Source of the DNA: Longimicrobiales bacterium
GTDB lineage: Bacteria; Gemmatimonadota; Gemmatimonadetes; Longimicrobiales; Gaopeijiaceae
Direction of reading: 5' to 3'
Assembly: GCA_965218295.1 (NCBI GenBank)
Contig: CBDCKN010000012.1
Location: 160,001-224,000, forward strand
DNA: 64,000 nucleotides
This document shows, piece by piece, positions 9,887-19,242 of this stretch (positions are counted from its first letter, which is position 1; the number at the start of each line of letters is the position of its first letter). The position numbers were made by a program, and so were the translations under genes. Under the pieces are notes generated by a model, which saw only the letters and a list, made by a program, of their open reading frames with translations, was not told where the DNA came from and did not search any database.

Positions 9887-11275
9887 ATGAAGACTGACAC
9901 CGCCGTCCTGCTAGGCGCCCTCGTCGTGAGCGGCTCGATGCTGGCCGCCTCGCGCACCCCCGTGGCACCCGACCCCTCCTCAATCCTCGCGGCGGCGCAG
10001 AGCGCTCCGGAGGCCGTCGCTTTCACCAACGTCAACGTCGTTCCCATGGACTCCGAGCGGGTCCTCACGGATCAAACCGTTCTCGTGGAGCAAGGCAGGA
10101 TCCGCCGCTTGGGATCGGCGGCTGAAGCCCGGGTTCCGGCAGGCGTCACGACGGTAGACGGATCGGGCAAGTATCTCATGCCCGGCCTGGCGGAGATGCA
10201 CGGCCACATGCCCGGTGGAGACGTGGAGGAGATGGTGATGTTCCTGTACGTGGCCAACGGAGTGACAACCGTTCGGGGCATGCTCGGTCTCGACGGCCAC
10301 CTGGAGCTACGTCGCAAGGCGAACGCCGGTGAGATCGTGGCACCGACCCTCTACCTCGCCGGGCCCAGCTTCAACGGCAACTCGGTCTCCTCGCCCAAAC
10401 AGGCCGTCCAGAAGGTCCGAACCCAAAAGGAGCAGGGTTGGGATCTCCTCAAGATCCACCCTGGACTCACCGTGCCCGAGTACGACGCCATGGCCATGAC
10501 CGCCCATGAGGTGGGCATCCGGTTTGGCGGTCACGTGCCGGCCGACGTGGGACTCGAGCACGCCATTTATATGGGCCAGGAGACCTTCGACCACCTGGAC
10601 GGCTTCATCGAGTATCTGAACGCCTTCGACGAGCCCATCGACCGAGGCAGGCTCGACGAGCTGGTCACCATGGTGAAGGACGCAAGCGCTTGGGTCGTGC
10701 CCACCATGGTGCTCTGGGACGTGGTCGTCATAGGCCGCGGAAACGCCCAGGTCATGGCCAACTATCCGGAGATGCGGTATTGGCCGAAGCGGAACATCCC
10801 GCGGGTCGTGGAGGGTGTGGAAGGCTGGATCGGCAGACACGCGAGACGCGCGCAACGAGCCCAGGCGAATCCCGATGCGGCCGACCTGTGGGCCGGCAAC
10901 CGGCTGGAGGTGCTCAAGGCCCTGTCAGACGGCGGGGTGGGCATTCTGATGGGGACCGACTCTCCGCAGCTCTTCTCCGTCCCCGGCTTTTCCCTGCATC
11001 GGGAGATGCAGGCCATGGCCGAGGCCGGCATGTCACCCTACGAGATCCTGGTCACTGGCACACGGGCCGTGGGTGAGTACTTCCGGAGGAGCGACACCTT
11101 CGGCACGGTGGCGGTGGGACGGCGTGCCGACTTGATCCTCCTGAACTCCAATCCGTTGGACGACGTCGGCAACGTGGCCGACCGGGCCGGAGTCATGGTC
11201 CGAGGTCGCTGGTACTCTGACAGCTACATCCAGGAGCGCCTGGACGAGATCGCTCGGCGGTTCGCGACAGACTGA
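9887..11275 (+). CDS. Amidohydrolase family protein, secreted
   Basis: PGLAEMHGH metal site, GVTTVR, MGTDSP, GRRADLILL; signal peptide; AAGGAG RBS. Confidence 0.9.
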   Translation: MKTDTAVLLGALVVSGSMLAASRTPVAPDPSSILAAAQSAPEAVAFTNVNVVPMDSERVLTDQTVLVEQGRIRRLGSAAEARVPAGVTTVDGSGKYLMPGLAEMHGHMPGGDVEEMVMFLYVANGVTTVRGMLGLDGHLELRRKANAGEIVAPTLYLAGPSFNGNSVSSPKQAVQKVRTQKEQGWDLLKIHPGLTVPEYDAMAMTAHEVGIRFGGHVPADVGLEHAIYMGQETFDHLDGFIEYLNAFDEPIDRGRLDELVTMVKDASAWVVPTMVLWDVVVIGRGNAQVMANYPEMRYWPKRNIPRVVEGVEGWIGRHARRAQRAQANPDAADLWAGNRLEVLKALSDGGVGILMGTDSPQLFSVPGFSLHREMQAMAEAGMSPYEILVTGTRAVGEYFRRSDTFGTVAVGRRADLILLNSNPLDDVGNVADRAGVMVRGRWYSDSYIQERLDEIARRFATD

Positions 11276-11317
11276 CGGCCGGCCGGGGCCGTCGTCGAGC
11301 CCGCGTCAGGTCGGCGC

Positions 11318-12370
11318 TCACTCCCCATCGATCCGCAACTGCTCGAGTCCGGCGCTGACCAGCCGCCACTGAAGGCGCATCTGATCGAGGGTGGGCATGG
11401 GGATCAGGCCGCTGGCCCGGATCTCGGCGGAGATCGCCTCGCGCTCCTCGTCGGAGACTGCCTCGCGCTGCTCGTCGGACGTCGATCTCGAGCCGCCCAG
11501 GGCTAGCTGCCAACCCGCACGGCGCTCCTTCCAGCGCTCTCCCACCGGATCGGGCGGACCCAGGGTCTCTCCCACCCCCGGCGTGATGAAGAGGGGCATC
11601 TCGCTCACGAGCGTCACAGGATCGCCACCGAGAGAGCAGACGGCCTCCATGGAGCTCGGCTGGAAGCGGGCGGCCGTCTCCTCGTCGCCGAGCGCCAGGA
11701 AGTGGTCCCGCATTGCCGTCGAGCTCGGCCGGGTGCAGAATCCGCGCTCGATGCGGTGGAAACCCTTCTCACCCTTCCTCTCCACGTCGTGCAGGACATA
11801 GCCGAGGCGGTGGGTCTCCTCGGCGCAGCACCGCTTCACGTGCTCCACTCTGTCCAACCACGCCGGCTCCAGCAGGAACCAGGGGCCACCGGCCAACGCG
11901 ATGCCGTGTAGGGTAGCGTGGAGATGGAACGGCGCATCGGCGCTCCCCCACCATTCGTGCACGGCTCGGCTCTCGGGCCGGACGTCGGCATCCCCCGAGG
12001 ACCGGGGGAAGCCGAACTCCAGGTCGTCGCCAGGAAGCTCGCGAACCACGTGAGAGAGGTAGCGGACCGGGTCGTATGCGTCCGACGGCGCTACCGGGCC
12101 GTCGTCACGTTGCCACCCCTTGTTCCGCTCCCGGCCGTCCGGGTTGATGTGGGGCACGATCCACCACTCGTAACCGGTGAGCAATGGATGGCCGGTCTCG
12201 AGTGATCCAAGGAACGCAGCCAACCTGGCCAAGAAACGGGGCCCGACGGGCTCATCGGCATGGCATCCGCCGATGAGGCTGACCCGAACCGGCCCGGAGC
12301 CCAGACGGAAGCCCTGGACGGGCCGACCCTCCCGAGAGGTCCCCAGACGTAGCCCGGCCTCCCGGTCCAC
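11318..12370 (-). CDS. M14 zinc carboxypeptidase-like protein (start approximate)
   Basis: LGTSREGRP, HADEP zinc motif, PHINPDG, RPE, TLHG. Confidence 0.75.
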   Translation of the reverse strand: MDREAGLRLGTSREGRPVQGFRLGSGPVRVSLIGGCHADEPVGPRFLARLAAFLGSLETGHPLLTGYEWWIVPHINPDGRERNKGWQRDDGPVAPSDAYDPVRYLSHVVRELPGDDLEFGFPRSSGDADVRPESRAVHEWWGSADAPFHLHATLHGIALAGGPWFLLEPAWLDRVEHVKRCCAEETHRLGYVLHDVERKGEKGFHRIERGFCTRPSSTAMRDHFLALGDEETAARFQPSSMEAVCSLGGDPVTLVSEMPLFITPGVGETLGPPDPVGERWKERRAGWQLALGGSRSTSDEQREAVSDEEREAISAEIRASGLIPMPTLDQMRLQWRLVSAGLEQLRIDGE

Positions 12371-12448
12371 CGGCTGATGGGCGATGATGGCGTCCGCTAG
12401 TGCGTACAGATTCCCTCCGGGCTCCGGTTGGACTCTCCAGGCCCCTCC

Positions 12449-13646
12449 TCAGAAGTGCCGCGACACGGTCACGGACAGGTAGCCGTCGCGGCGGAAGCCG
12501 TAAAGGAGGTCCGTCTCGCCGACGCCGATGAACGACCGCGCCTCGAGGTCCAGCGTCCAGCTCTCCCCCACACGCCGCCTGCCCTCCAACGAGAACAGCG
12601 TGGCACCTGTGTCCCGGTCTACGATGGCTCCCGCCAGGAGCTGCGTGTCCTGGACGTCGTTCAGGGCGAACCGCATTCCTACGAAGACATCGTCCTCGAA
12701 GGGAGTGCGTGCCTGATCGCCGCGGTCGTCCAAGAGGATCTCTCCGACGATGCCCAGATCCGTATCCGATTCGAGCACCTGGGGAATCGTGTACTCGAAG
12801 CCCCCGGTCATGGCGTAGTACCGACCGTCCGGCCCCCCCCGACCGGGTGATCCCCTCGAACTTCAGGAGCCAGCCGCCCGACGTGTACTGGGCGTCGAGG
12901 CTGGTCTGGTCGACGATGTCGTAGTGGGGGATCAGCACTGGCCGGGCCCCTACCCCCTCGCCCACCTCGAGGCGGGGCTCCCGGGCCGTGCCCTGGAAAT
13001 GGGCTACGCCCAGGTCGAAACCGCCGATGGCGTGGCTCCACCGGGCCGCCCAATCCAGGCGACTCCGGCCCGCCGCCGACTCGTACACGGCGTCCTCGGT
13101 GGCGACCGTCAGCGGAAAGCGCAGCCGGCCGGCTTCGCCCGGGAAGGTTCTCTCCCTGAAGCCGGTCAGCAGGAACAGCTCCAGCGTCCCCCAGTCGCGC
13201 ACAGCGGCCAGGCTCACCATGGGCTGGCCCAATTTGTCCTCTCCGTCCAGGTTCTCCACCAGGTCGGTCTGGTTGATGATGTCCACCAGGTGCTGGGACT
13301 CCGTCACGCCCCAGAACTCGCGGCGCAGCCCGGCTCTCAGCTCCCAGCGGTCCCAGACCTTCTCCCACGAGAAGACGCGGAAGTCGACGTGGGTCCGCTC
13401 GGAGTCGGCGGTGTCCAGGCGGAGGAACGGCTCCACGGTGAGGCTCTGACTGCCTCCGTCCCAGCTCCAGTAGAGCTCTCCTTGAAGGAGCAGCGAGGCG
13501 TCGTGCCGTGCCTGTTCGTCCAGGAGCGGACCCTGCAGGAAGCCCCGGGTCTCGAACCCGATCTCGCCCGTGACTTCGGGGCGGAGCTGGCCGGCGGCTG
13601 CCGCGGCCACGACCAGCACCAAGAGCACCAGGGCCACCACCATCAT
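12449..13646 (-). pseudogene. Outer-membrane beta-barrel/porin-like protein, frameshifted at a G8 run
   Basis: N-terminal part (FWGVTESQHLVDIINQTDLVE...KLGQPM) and C-terminal part (GGFEYT...RRDGYLSVTVSRHF, terminal Phe) lie in different frames; removing one C from the C8 run at 12833-12840 joins them. Confidence 0.8.
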
Positions 13647-13709
13647 GAGGGCTCTCCCGACCGTTCTCGGATCCCAGAGGCCGGCACATCCAGCGAATCG
13701 TGCTCATGA

Positions 13710-14594
13710 TCACCTCGCCCGCTTCAAGCTGTTCTTGTCGAAGTTACGGTCCGTGAGTCCGTGGCGGAACGAATAGTCGTCCCAGAGCAGCGTCGTGCTC
13801 TTGCCTGTCTGGTGGTTCACCATCTCCTGGCGTTGTGCCCGCCAGAACTGACCCAGGTACTGCACGTACTCGTGGAACGTGAGCGTCTTGAGCAGGGTCT
13901 CCTTGCGATCGTAGAACTCGATCTTGATGGGGCGGTACTCGGCCTGGTCGTACCAGACGACCTGGCGGCTGTAACCCGAGCGGGAATCCACCGGATCTCG
14001 CTCCACCACGAACGTGGATTGACCATCCAGGACCTCGTCGCGCAGGTAGCGGTAGGTGTACTTCTCCACCTCCTGGGACGAGATGTCCTCGTAGGCGAAC
14101 TCGCTGCCCATGAACGGACCGGCCTTGTTGTTGGAGGCGATCCGCTTCACCCGCTTCAGCGCAGGCAGATAGAGCCACTGGTCGTCTGACCCTTCCTTGT
14201 GCGTGTGACTGAGGAATGCCGTCCCCTTCACGTCTCTGGGTTGGTTGAAGACGATTACGGCCTTGTCGCCGTCTCCTTCCACCTCCAGGACCTGGGTCCG
14301 CATCTCTCTCGTGCTCTGATCCCCGCGCCGGTTGCGGAGGATCATCTTCAGGCTCACCTGCGAGTCGGAGAACCCGGTGTCCCGGCGATCCGCCTCGACG
14401 GCGATCTCCAGCCCTCGCTCGGCAACACTCGACGCTGAGCTCGTGCTCGCAGTCGCGGCGGAGGCCACCGTACTCCGGCCGGTGGCCGGAGCGTCGGCGT
14501 TCCGTGCTTGTCCCAGAGCCGGGCCGACCGCTACCACCGTCAGGGTGGCGGTGATCAGCACGGCCGTGCTCAAGCTCTTCATGTATCCAGACAT
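13710..14594 (-). CDS. Outer membrane lipoprotein-sorting protein (LolA-like)
   Basis: FNQPRDVKGTAFL, DDQWLYLPALKRVKRI, FMGSEFAYED motifs; signal peptide; GAGGAG RBS. Confidence 0.88.
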   Translation of the reverse strand: MSGYMKSLSTAVLITATLTVVAVGPALGQARNADAPATGRSTVASAATASTSSASSVAERGLEIAVEADRRDTGFSDSQVSLKMILRNRRGDQSTREMRTQVLEVEGDGDKAVIVFNQPRDVKGTAFLSHTHKEGSDDQWLYLPALKRVKRIASNNKAGPFMGSEFAYEDISSQEVEKYTYRYLRDEVLDGQSTFVVERDPVDSRSGYSRQVVWYDQAEYRPIKIEFYDRKETLLKTLTFHEYVQYLGQFWRAQRQEMVNHQTGKSTTLLWDDYSFRHGLTDRNFDKNSLKRAR

Positions 14595-14610
14595 TTTCTA
14601 TCTCCTCGAG

Positions 14611-15685
14611 GAGGTTGGGTCAATAGGTGTGTAAACGTATTAGGCGGCGTTCTTCCGCTGTTGGTGTGAGACGGGCTTTCCGTCTTCGAACTTTCTTCCT
14701 TCAAATACGTCCTTGAGGAGGTGAGGAGCGTCGAGCCTTCGGAACCGCTTCTCAGCCACCAAGAGCAACTTCCAGATTAGCGCCGTAGCGCTCTCGACCC
14801 GCTTGAACCGCTTCGCTGCTGTCGTCCTGAGCCGTACCGCGGCGAACGGGCTCTCGACCACGTTCGTCGTGCGTAGATGCTTCCAGTGGTCCTCGGGGAA
14901 GTCGTAGAACGCTACCATCCGCTCCCAGTCGTCCTCGAGTACGTCCACTGCTTTCGGATACCACGGCCTATAGCGTCGGGCGAACACCTCGCGGGCCTTC
15001 AGGGCCTCGGCCCGGCTCGGTGCGTAGACCACGGCCCGGAGAAGATCCTTCGCCTCGCCCTGCTCCCGCTGAGGTAGTCGGTCCAGCACGTTCCTCATCT
15101 TGTGGTTCCAGCACCGTTGCTCACCCGCCTCAGGCCATACCTGCCGTACTGCGCCCCAGATCGCAGCGTTACCGTCCGCCATCAGAAGCCGGGGCGCCTC
15201 GATGCCGCGTGCCTTCAGGTCCCGCAACACCTCGGACCAGGACTCGACCGACTCTCGGTAGCCCGCTCTCAGGGCCAACACCTCTTTCGTCCCGTCTCGC
15301 ATGGCACCCAGCACCACCAGCAGCGCCGCTTTGTCCCGCTCCAGCCCTGCCTTCACATAGATCCCGTCCGCCCACACGTAGACGACCTCACGACCCTCCA
15401 GGCGACGCTGGCTCCATTCCTCGAACTCCGCCGTCCATCCCGCCCGCAGCCGCCGAATCGAAGACTTCGACAGCGGTGCCCCCTCGCCCAGCAGGCCCCG
15501 CATCGCCAACTCGAAGTCTCCCTCCGCCAGTCCGTGCAGATACAGCTCCGGAAGCAGAGCGCCCAGCTCCTTCGTCCGCCTCGCGAACAACGGCAGCACG
15601 CGGCTCTCGAACCGCTCCTCAAGGCCTCGAACTCGAGGGCGTCGGAGTGTGATCGTGCCCAAGCTCATCGCCAGCCGCCTCGGCA
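14611..15685 (-). mobile_element. IS256-family element, 5'-truncated
   Basis: IS256-like end GAGGTTGGGTCAATAGGTGTGTAA at 14611 directly after the transposase stop; transposase lacks its N-terminus. Confidence 0.8.
14640..15668 (-). CDS. IS256 family transposase (N-terminally truncated)
   Basis: ELYLHGLAEGD, WADGIY, ADG, QRCWNHK, LRTTNVVES motifs. Confidence 0.9.
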   Translation of the reverse strand: MSLGTITLRRPRVRGLEERFESRVLPLFARRTKELGALLPELYLHGLAEGDFELAMRGLLGEGAPLSKSSIRRLRAGWTAEFEEWSQRRLEGREVVYVWADGIYVKAGLERDKAALLVVLGAMRDGTKEVLALRAGYRESVESWSEVLRDLKARGIEAPRLLMADGNAAIWGAVRQVWPEAGEQRCWNHKMRNVLDRLPQREQGEAKDLLRAVVYAPSRAEALKAREVFARRYRPWYPKAVDVLEDDWERMVAFYDFPEDHWKHLRTTNVVESPFAAVRLRTTAAKRFKRVESATALIWKLLLVAEKRFRRLDAPHLLKDVFEGRKFEDGKPVSHQQRKNAA

Positions 15686-15931
15686 GAGTACAGATGGTGT
15701 GAATCTCGGCAAGAATCCTGATGGATCTGATAAGTTACTATCGTACAATGATATACATATGCTATCTCTTTGGTTGTCCCCTTTTCATACCCATTTTTAG
15801 GAACTGGATTCCAAACGACCCTAGCGGACCCTGGCGGAGTAACTGTTCGGCCAAGCCGTGGGGAGCGTCGTGTTGTCGGATCGTGTGGTGGGGTCTGGTA
15901 ACGTGATCCGGAATGTAGTATCGTCGAGGGC

Positions 15932-18202
15932 ATGGCGATGCGGGACGGCAACGGACATGCGAACGTGGCGCTGGCCGAGGGGCTGGAGGAGCTTTGGCCG
16001 GTGCCCGGTTCCGTGGAGTCGGAGCTTGGGGACTGGCGGTCGCTGTACGAGCGGGAGCGCGAGCGAGCGGAGGCGGCGGTGGCCCGCGCGGAGGAGTTGC
16101 GGTGGGCGGAGGTGCGGGCGCGCTGCGAAGCGGGATCGTGGAAGTGGCGGTGGGAGGCGTCGCGCCGGAAGCTGAGGGCGGTGATCGCGGAGACGCGGGA
16201 GGCCCGCCGCGCGGCGTGGGACGCCCTGGCGTTGCAGCGCGAGGTGGGGCGTCTGCACGGGCTGCTGCGGGAGGCCGGGGTGGACGCGGGGAAGCGCGGC
16301 ACGGAGATGGCGCTTCGGATGGAGGTGGCACGGCTTCGCGAGGAGGGTTGGGCGCTGGAGAAGGCGCTCGATGCCCGCGCGGCCGAGGTGCAGAACCTTC
16401 ACAAGGCCCGCATCGAAGCGGACGCGGACATCCTGGCGCTGCGGCGGCAGTTGCGCGAGATGCTCGAGATCCACGGCGAACTGTCGAAGCTGGGGGACCA
16501 GCGGGACCGGGTCGAGTCGCTGTCGGAGGAGGTCGGGGCGCTTCGCTGGGCGCTGAAGGTCTCGGAGGCGTCGAAGGGCCGCCTGACGGCGCGGCTGCGG
16601 CGTGCGGTCGAGGCGGGGCGGGCGCGGTCGCCGTCGGCCGCCGACGCGGAGTTGCGCAAGGCCTTGCGCAGATCGCGGCGCCAGAGGGCGACGATCGGCT
16701 CGCTGACGCGGGAGAAGACCCGGCTCGGCAGGAGGATGCGGGCGTCGCGGCGGCGGATCGAGCGCCTCGAGGGCCAACTGGCGAAGCTTCGCGCGTCGCG
16801 CACGGTGCTGCCGAAGGGGCAGTCCGGCGGCGCGTGCGAGAGGCAGGAGCGACCGCGTTCGGGGCGGCGGCGGGGCCAGCAGCCCGGCACGCCGGTCCAC
16901 GGCCGCACCCCGCGCCCGGGGCTTGAGGAACGCACCGAGGAGCACAACCCGCCCGCCGATGCGCGGGTGTGCCGGGGTTGCGGGAGCCCGTACGCGGCCA
17001 ACGGCGCCGAGGAGTCGGCCCTCGTCGAGATCGAGGTCCGGGCGCACCGGCGGGTGATCCGCCGCCCGCGCTGGCGGCGGACGTGCGGGTGCGCGTCGTC
17101 GCCCGCCGAAGTGACGGCGCCCCCCGTGCCTCGGCTGTTCGCCCGCACGCCGTACGGGACGAGCGTCTGGTCGCGCTTCCTGTTCGAGCGCTACGCGTGC
17201 CTGCGCCCGCTGCACCGGGTCTGCGGGTGGCTGTCCGACCAGGGTCTGCCGGTCTCGCCGGGCACGCTGGCGGACAGCGTGCACCGCTTGGCGCCGTTGT
17301 TCGAGCCGGTGGGCGCGGCGATCCTCGCGCACCAGAACGGCTCGGCGCTGCGCCATGCCGACGAGACCAGCTGGCGGGTGCGGGCGCTGCGCGACAGCGA
17401 CGGATCGGGGTACGCGTGGCTGTGGATCTCGGTCGGCCGCGGCGCGGCCTACTTCCATGTGGATCCGTCACGCAGCGCCGAGGCGGCCCGGAAGCTGTTC
17501 GACGGGGCGCTGTGCCCGACGGTCCTCGTCTGCGACCGCTACAGCGGCTACAAGAAGCTGGCGCGTCTCCTCGGGGGCAGGGTCACGCTGTCGTTCTGCT
17601 GGGCGCACATGCGCAGGGACTTCATCCGGTGCGCGGCCGGGCACGTCCATCTGACCGGCTGGTGCCGGGAGTGGCTCGGGCGGATCGCCACGGTCTACCG
17701 CCTGCACAAGGCGCGGCTGGAGCTCCACGACCCCGGCCTCGAGCGCCAGAGCCCGGCGTTCGACGCGGCGCACGACGCGCTGAGCGAGGCGCTCGGCGGC
17801 ATGTTCGCGGCCTCCGAACGCCAACTCGCCCGCCTGTCGCCAAAGGCGAGGGAGGGAGGGCCGCTGCGCTCGCTCCTCAACCACCGCGAGGGGCTGAGCG
17901 TCTTCCTCGACCGGCCCCGCGTGCCGCTCGACAACAACCTCGCCGAGCGGCTGCTGCGCGGCCCGGCCATCGGGCGGCGCCTGTCGTTCGGCTCCGACAG
18001 CGAGTCCGGCGCCCGGTTCACCGCGCTCATGTACTCGGTGACCGGCACCCTGAGGCTGAACGGCCTCGACGTGCCGCGCTGGCTCGCCGACTGGTTGGCG
18101 GCGTGCGCGCGCGGCGGCGGTCGCCCGCCGGGCGACCTGTCGCCCTGGCTGCCGTGGTCGATGGACGCCGGACGCAGGCGCGAAATGACGGCGTCCGCAT
18201 GA
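15932..18202 (+). CDS. IS66 family transposase (TnpC-like) with long N-terminal coiled coil
   Basis: RRGQQPGTPVHGR, CRGCG zinc finger, HADET, VCDRYSGY, CWAHMRR, PLDNNLAERLLR. Confidence 0.92.
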   Translation: MAMRDGNGHANVALAEGLEELWPVPGSVESELGDWRSLYERERERAEAAVARAEELRWAEVRARCEAGSWKWRWEASRRKLRAVIAETREARRAAWDALALQREVGRLHGLLREAGVDAGKRGTEMALRMEVARLREEGWALEKALDARAAEVQNLHKARIEADADILALRRQLREMLEIHGELSKLGDQRDRVESLSEEVGALRWALKVSEASKGRLTARLRRAVEAGRARSPSAADAELRKALRRSRRQRATIGSLTREKTRLGRRMRASRRRIERLEGQLAKLRASRTVLPKGQSGGACERQERPRSGRRRGQQPGTPVHGRTPRPGLEERTEEHNPPADARVCRGCGSPYAANGAEESALVEIEVRAHRRVIRRPRWRRTCGCASSPAEVTAPPVPRLFARTPYGTSVWSRFLFERYACLRPLHRVCGWLSDQGLPVSPGTLADSVHRLAPLFEPVGAAILAHQNGSALRHADETSWRVRALRDSDGSGYAWLWISVGRGAAYFHVDPSRSAEAARKLFDGALCPTVLVCDRYSGYKKLARLLGGRVTLSFCWAHMRRDFIRCAAGHVHLTGWCREWLGRIATVYRLHKARLELHDPGLERQSPAFDAAHDALSEALGGMFAASERQLARLSPKAREGGPLRSLLNHREGLSVFLDRPRVPLDNNLAERLLRGPAIGRRLSFGSDSESGARFTALMYSVTGTLRLNGLDVPRWLADWLAACARGGGRPPGDLSPWLPWSMDAGRRREMTASA

Positions 18203-19080
18203 GCGAGCGCATCGAATGCCGCTACCACGGGCGCGACTTCACCGCCGCGGAAATGGCGCTGCTGCGCCGACTGATCGCCGGACCGCCCGCGCTCAACCGC
18301 CACGCCCTGTCGAAGGAGTTCTGCCGGCGCATCGGCTGGTTCAAGCCCGACGGCGGGCTCAAGGACATGATGGCGCGCGTCACCATGCTCGCCATGCACA
18401 GCGACGGCCTCATCGTCCTGCCGCCCCCGAAGTGGAGGCAGAAACGACCCGGCCCCATCGTCTTCGGACAGGACACCGAACCGCCCCTCTTCCCCCCGCC
18501 CACGATCCTCGACGAGGTCCGCCCCCTCGAACTCCGCACCGTCGTCGGCGGCACCCGACAGGGCAGGCTGTGGAACGAGTTCGTCGCGCGCCACCACTAT
18601 CTCGGCTACAAGACCCTCGTCGGCGCCCAGATGCGCTACGCCGTCCACGACCGCAACGGCTGGCCGCTCGCCATACTCGGCTTCAGCACCGCCGCCTGGT
18701 CCCTCGCTCCACGCGACCGCTTCATCGGATGGACCCCGACCCTGCGAAAGAAGAACCTGCCGCTCGTCATCGACAACCCCAGGTTCCTCATCCTGCCCTG
18801 GATCCGCATCCCCAACCTCGGATCCCACATCCTCGCCCTCGTCCGCCGCCGCCTGCCCCGCGACTGGACCCGCCGCTACAACACCACCCCCGTCCTCATC
18901 GAGACCTTCGTCGAGGTCCCCCGCTTCACCGGCGGCGTCTACAGGGCCTCCGGTTGGATCCGCGTCGGTACCACACGGGGACGAGGGCGCTACGACACCG
19001 CCAAGCAGTACGGCAAGCCCACCAAGGATGTCTGGCTCCGCCCGCTCGCCAAGCACTGGAAGCGCATCCTCAACCGCTGA
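18199..19080 (+). CDS. DUF4338 / DruA-like domain protein (passenger of IS66-like element)
   Basis: ATGA overlap with tnp stop; motifs WNEFVARHHYLGY, RDRFIGW, NPRFLILPW, LIETFVE, GGVYRASGWIRVGTTRGRGR. Confidence 0.8.
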   Translation: MSERIECRYHGRDFTAAEMALLRRLIAGPPALNRHALSKEFCRRIGWFKPDGGLKDMMARVTMLAMHSDGLIVLPPPKWRQKRPGPIVFGQDTEPPLFPPPTILDEVRPLELRTVVGGTRQGRLWNEFVARHHYLGYKTLVGAQMRYAVHDRNGWPLAILGFSTAAWSLAPRDRFIGWTPTLRKKNLPLVIDNPRFLILPWIRIPNLGSHILALVRRRLPRDWTRRYNTTPVLIETFVEVPRFTGGVYRASGWIRVGTTRGRGRYDTAKQYGKPTKDVWLRPLAKHWKRILNR

Positions 19081-19242
19081 GCACCCCCACACACACGATC
19101 CGACAACACGACGCTCCCCACGGCTTGGCCGAACAGTTACCTGGCGGAGGTAACTGTTCGGCCAAGCCGTGGGGAGCGTCGTGTTGTCGGATCGTGTGGT
19201 GGGGTCTGGTAACGTGATCCGGAATGTAGTATCGTCGAGGGC

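Larger units (their letters stand above)
15839..19140 (+). mobile_element. IS66-like element, copy 1 (3302 bp)
   Basis: 49-bp perfect terminal inverted repeats starting GTAAC (15839-15887 and 19092-19140); 8-bp flank CTGGCGGA on both sides. Confidence 0.92.

Noticed and set aside
7660..10068. 802-aa minus-strand ORF (and similar 690-aa and 912-aa ORFs opposite gltB and the adhesin)
   Set aside because: Antisense to well-supported genes, with no recognisable motifs.
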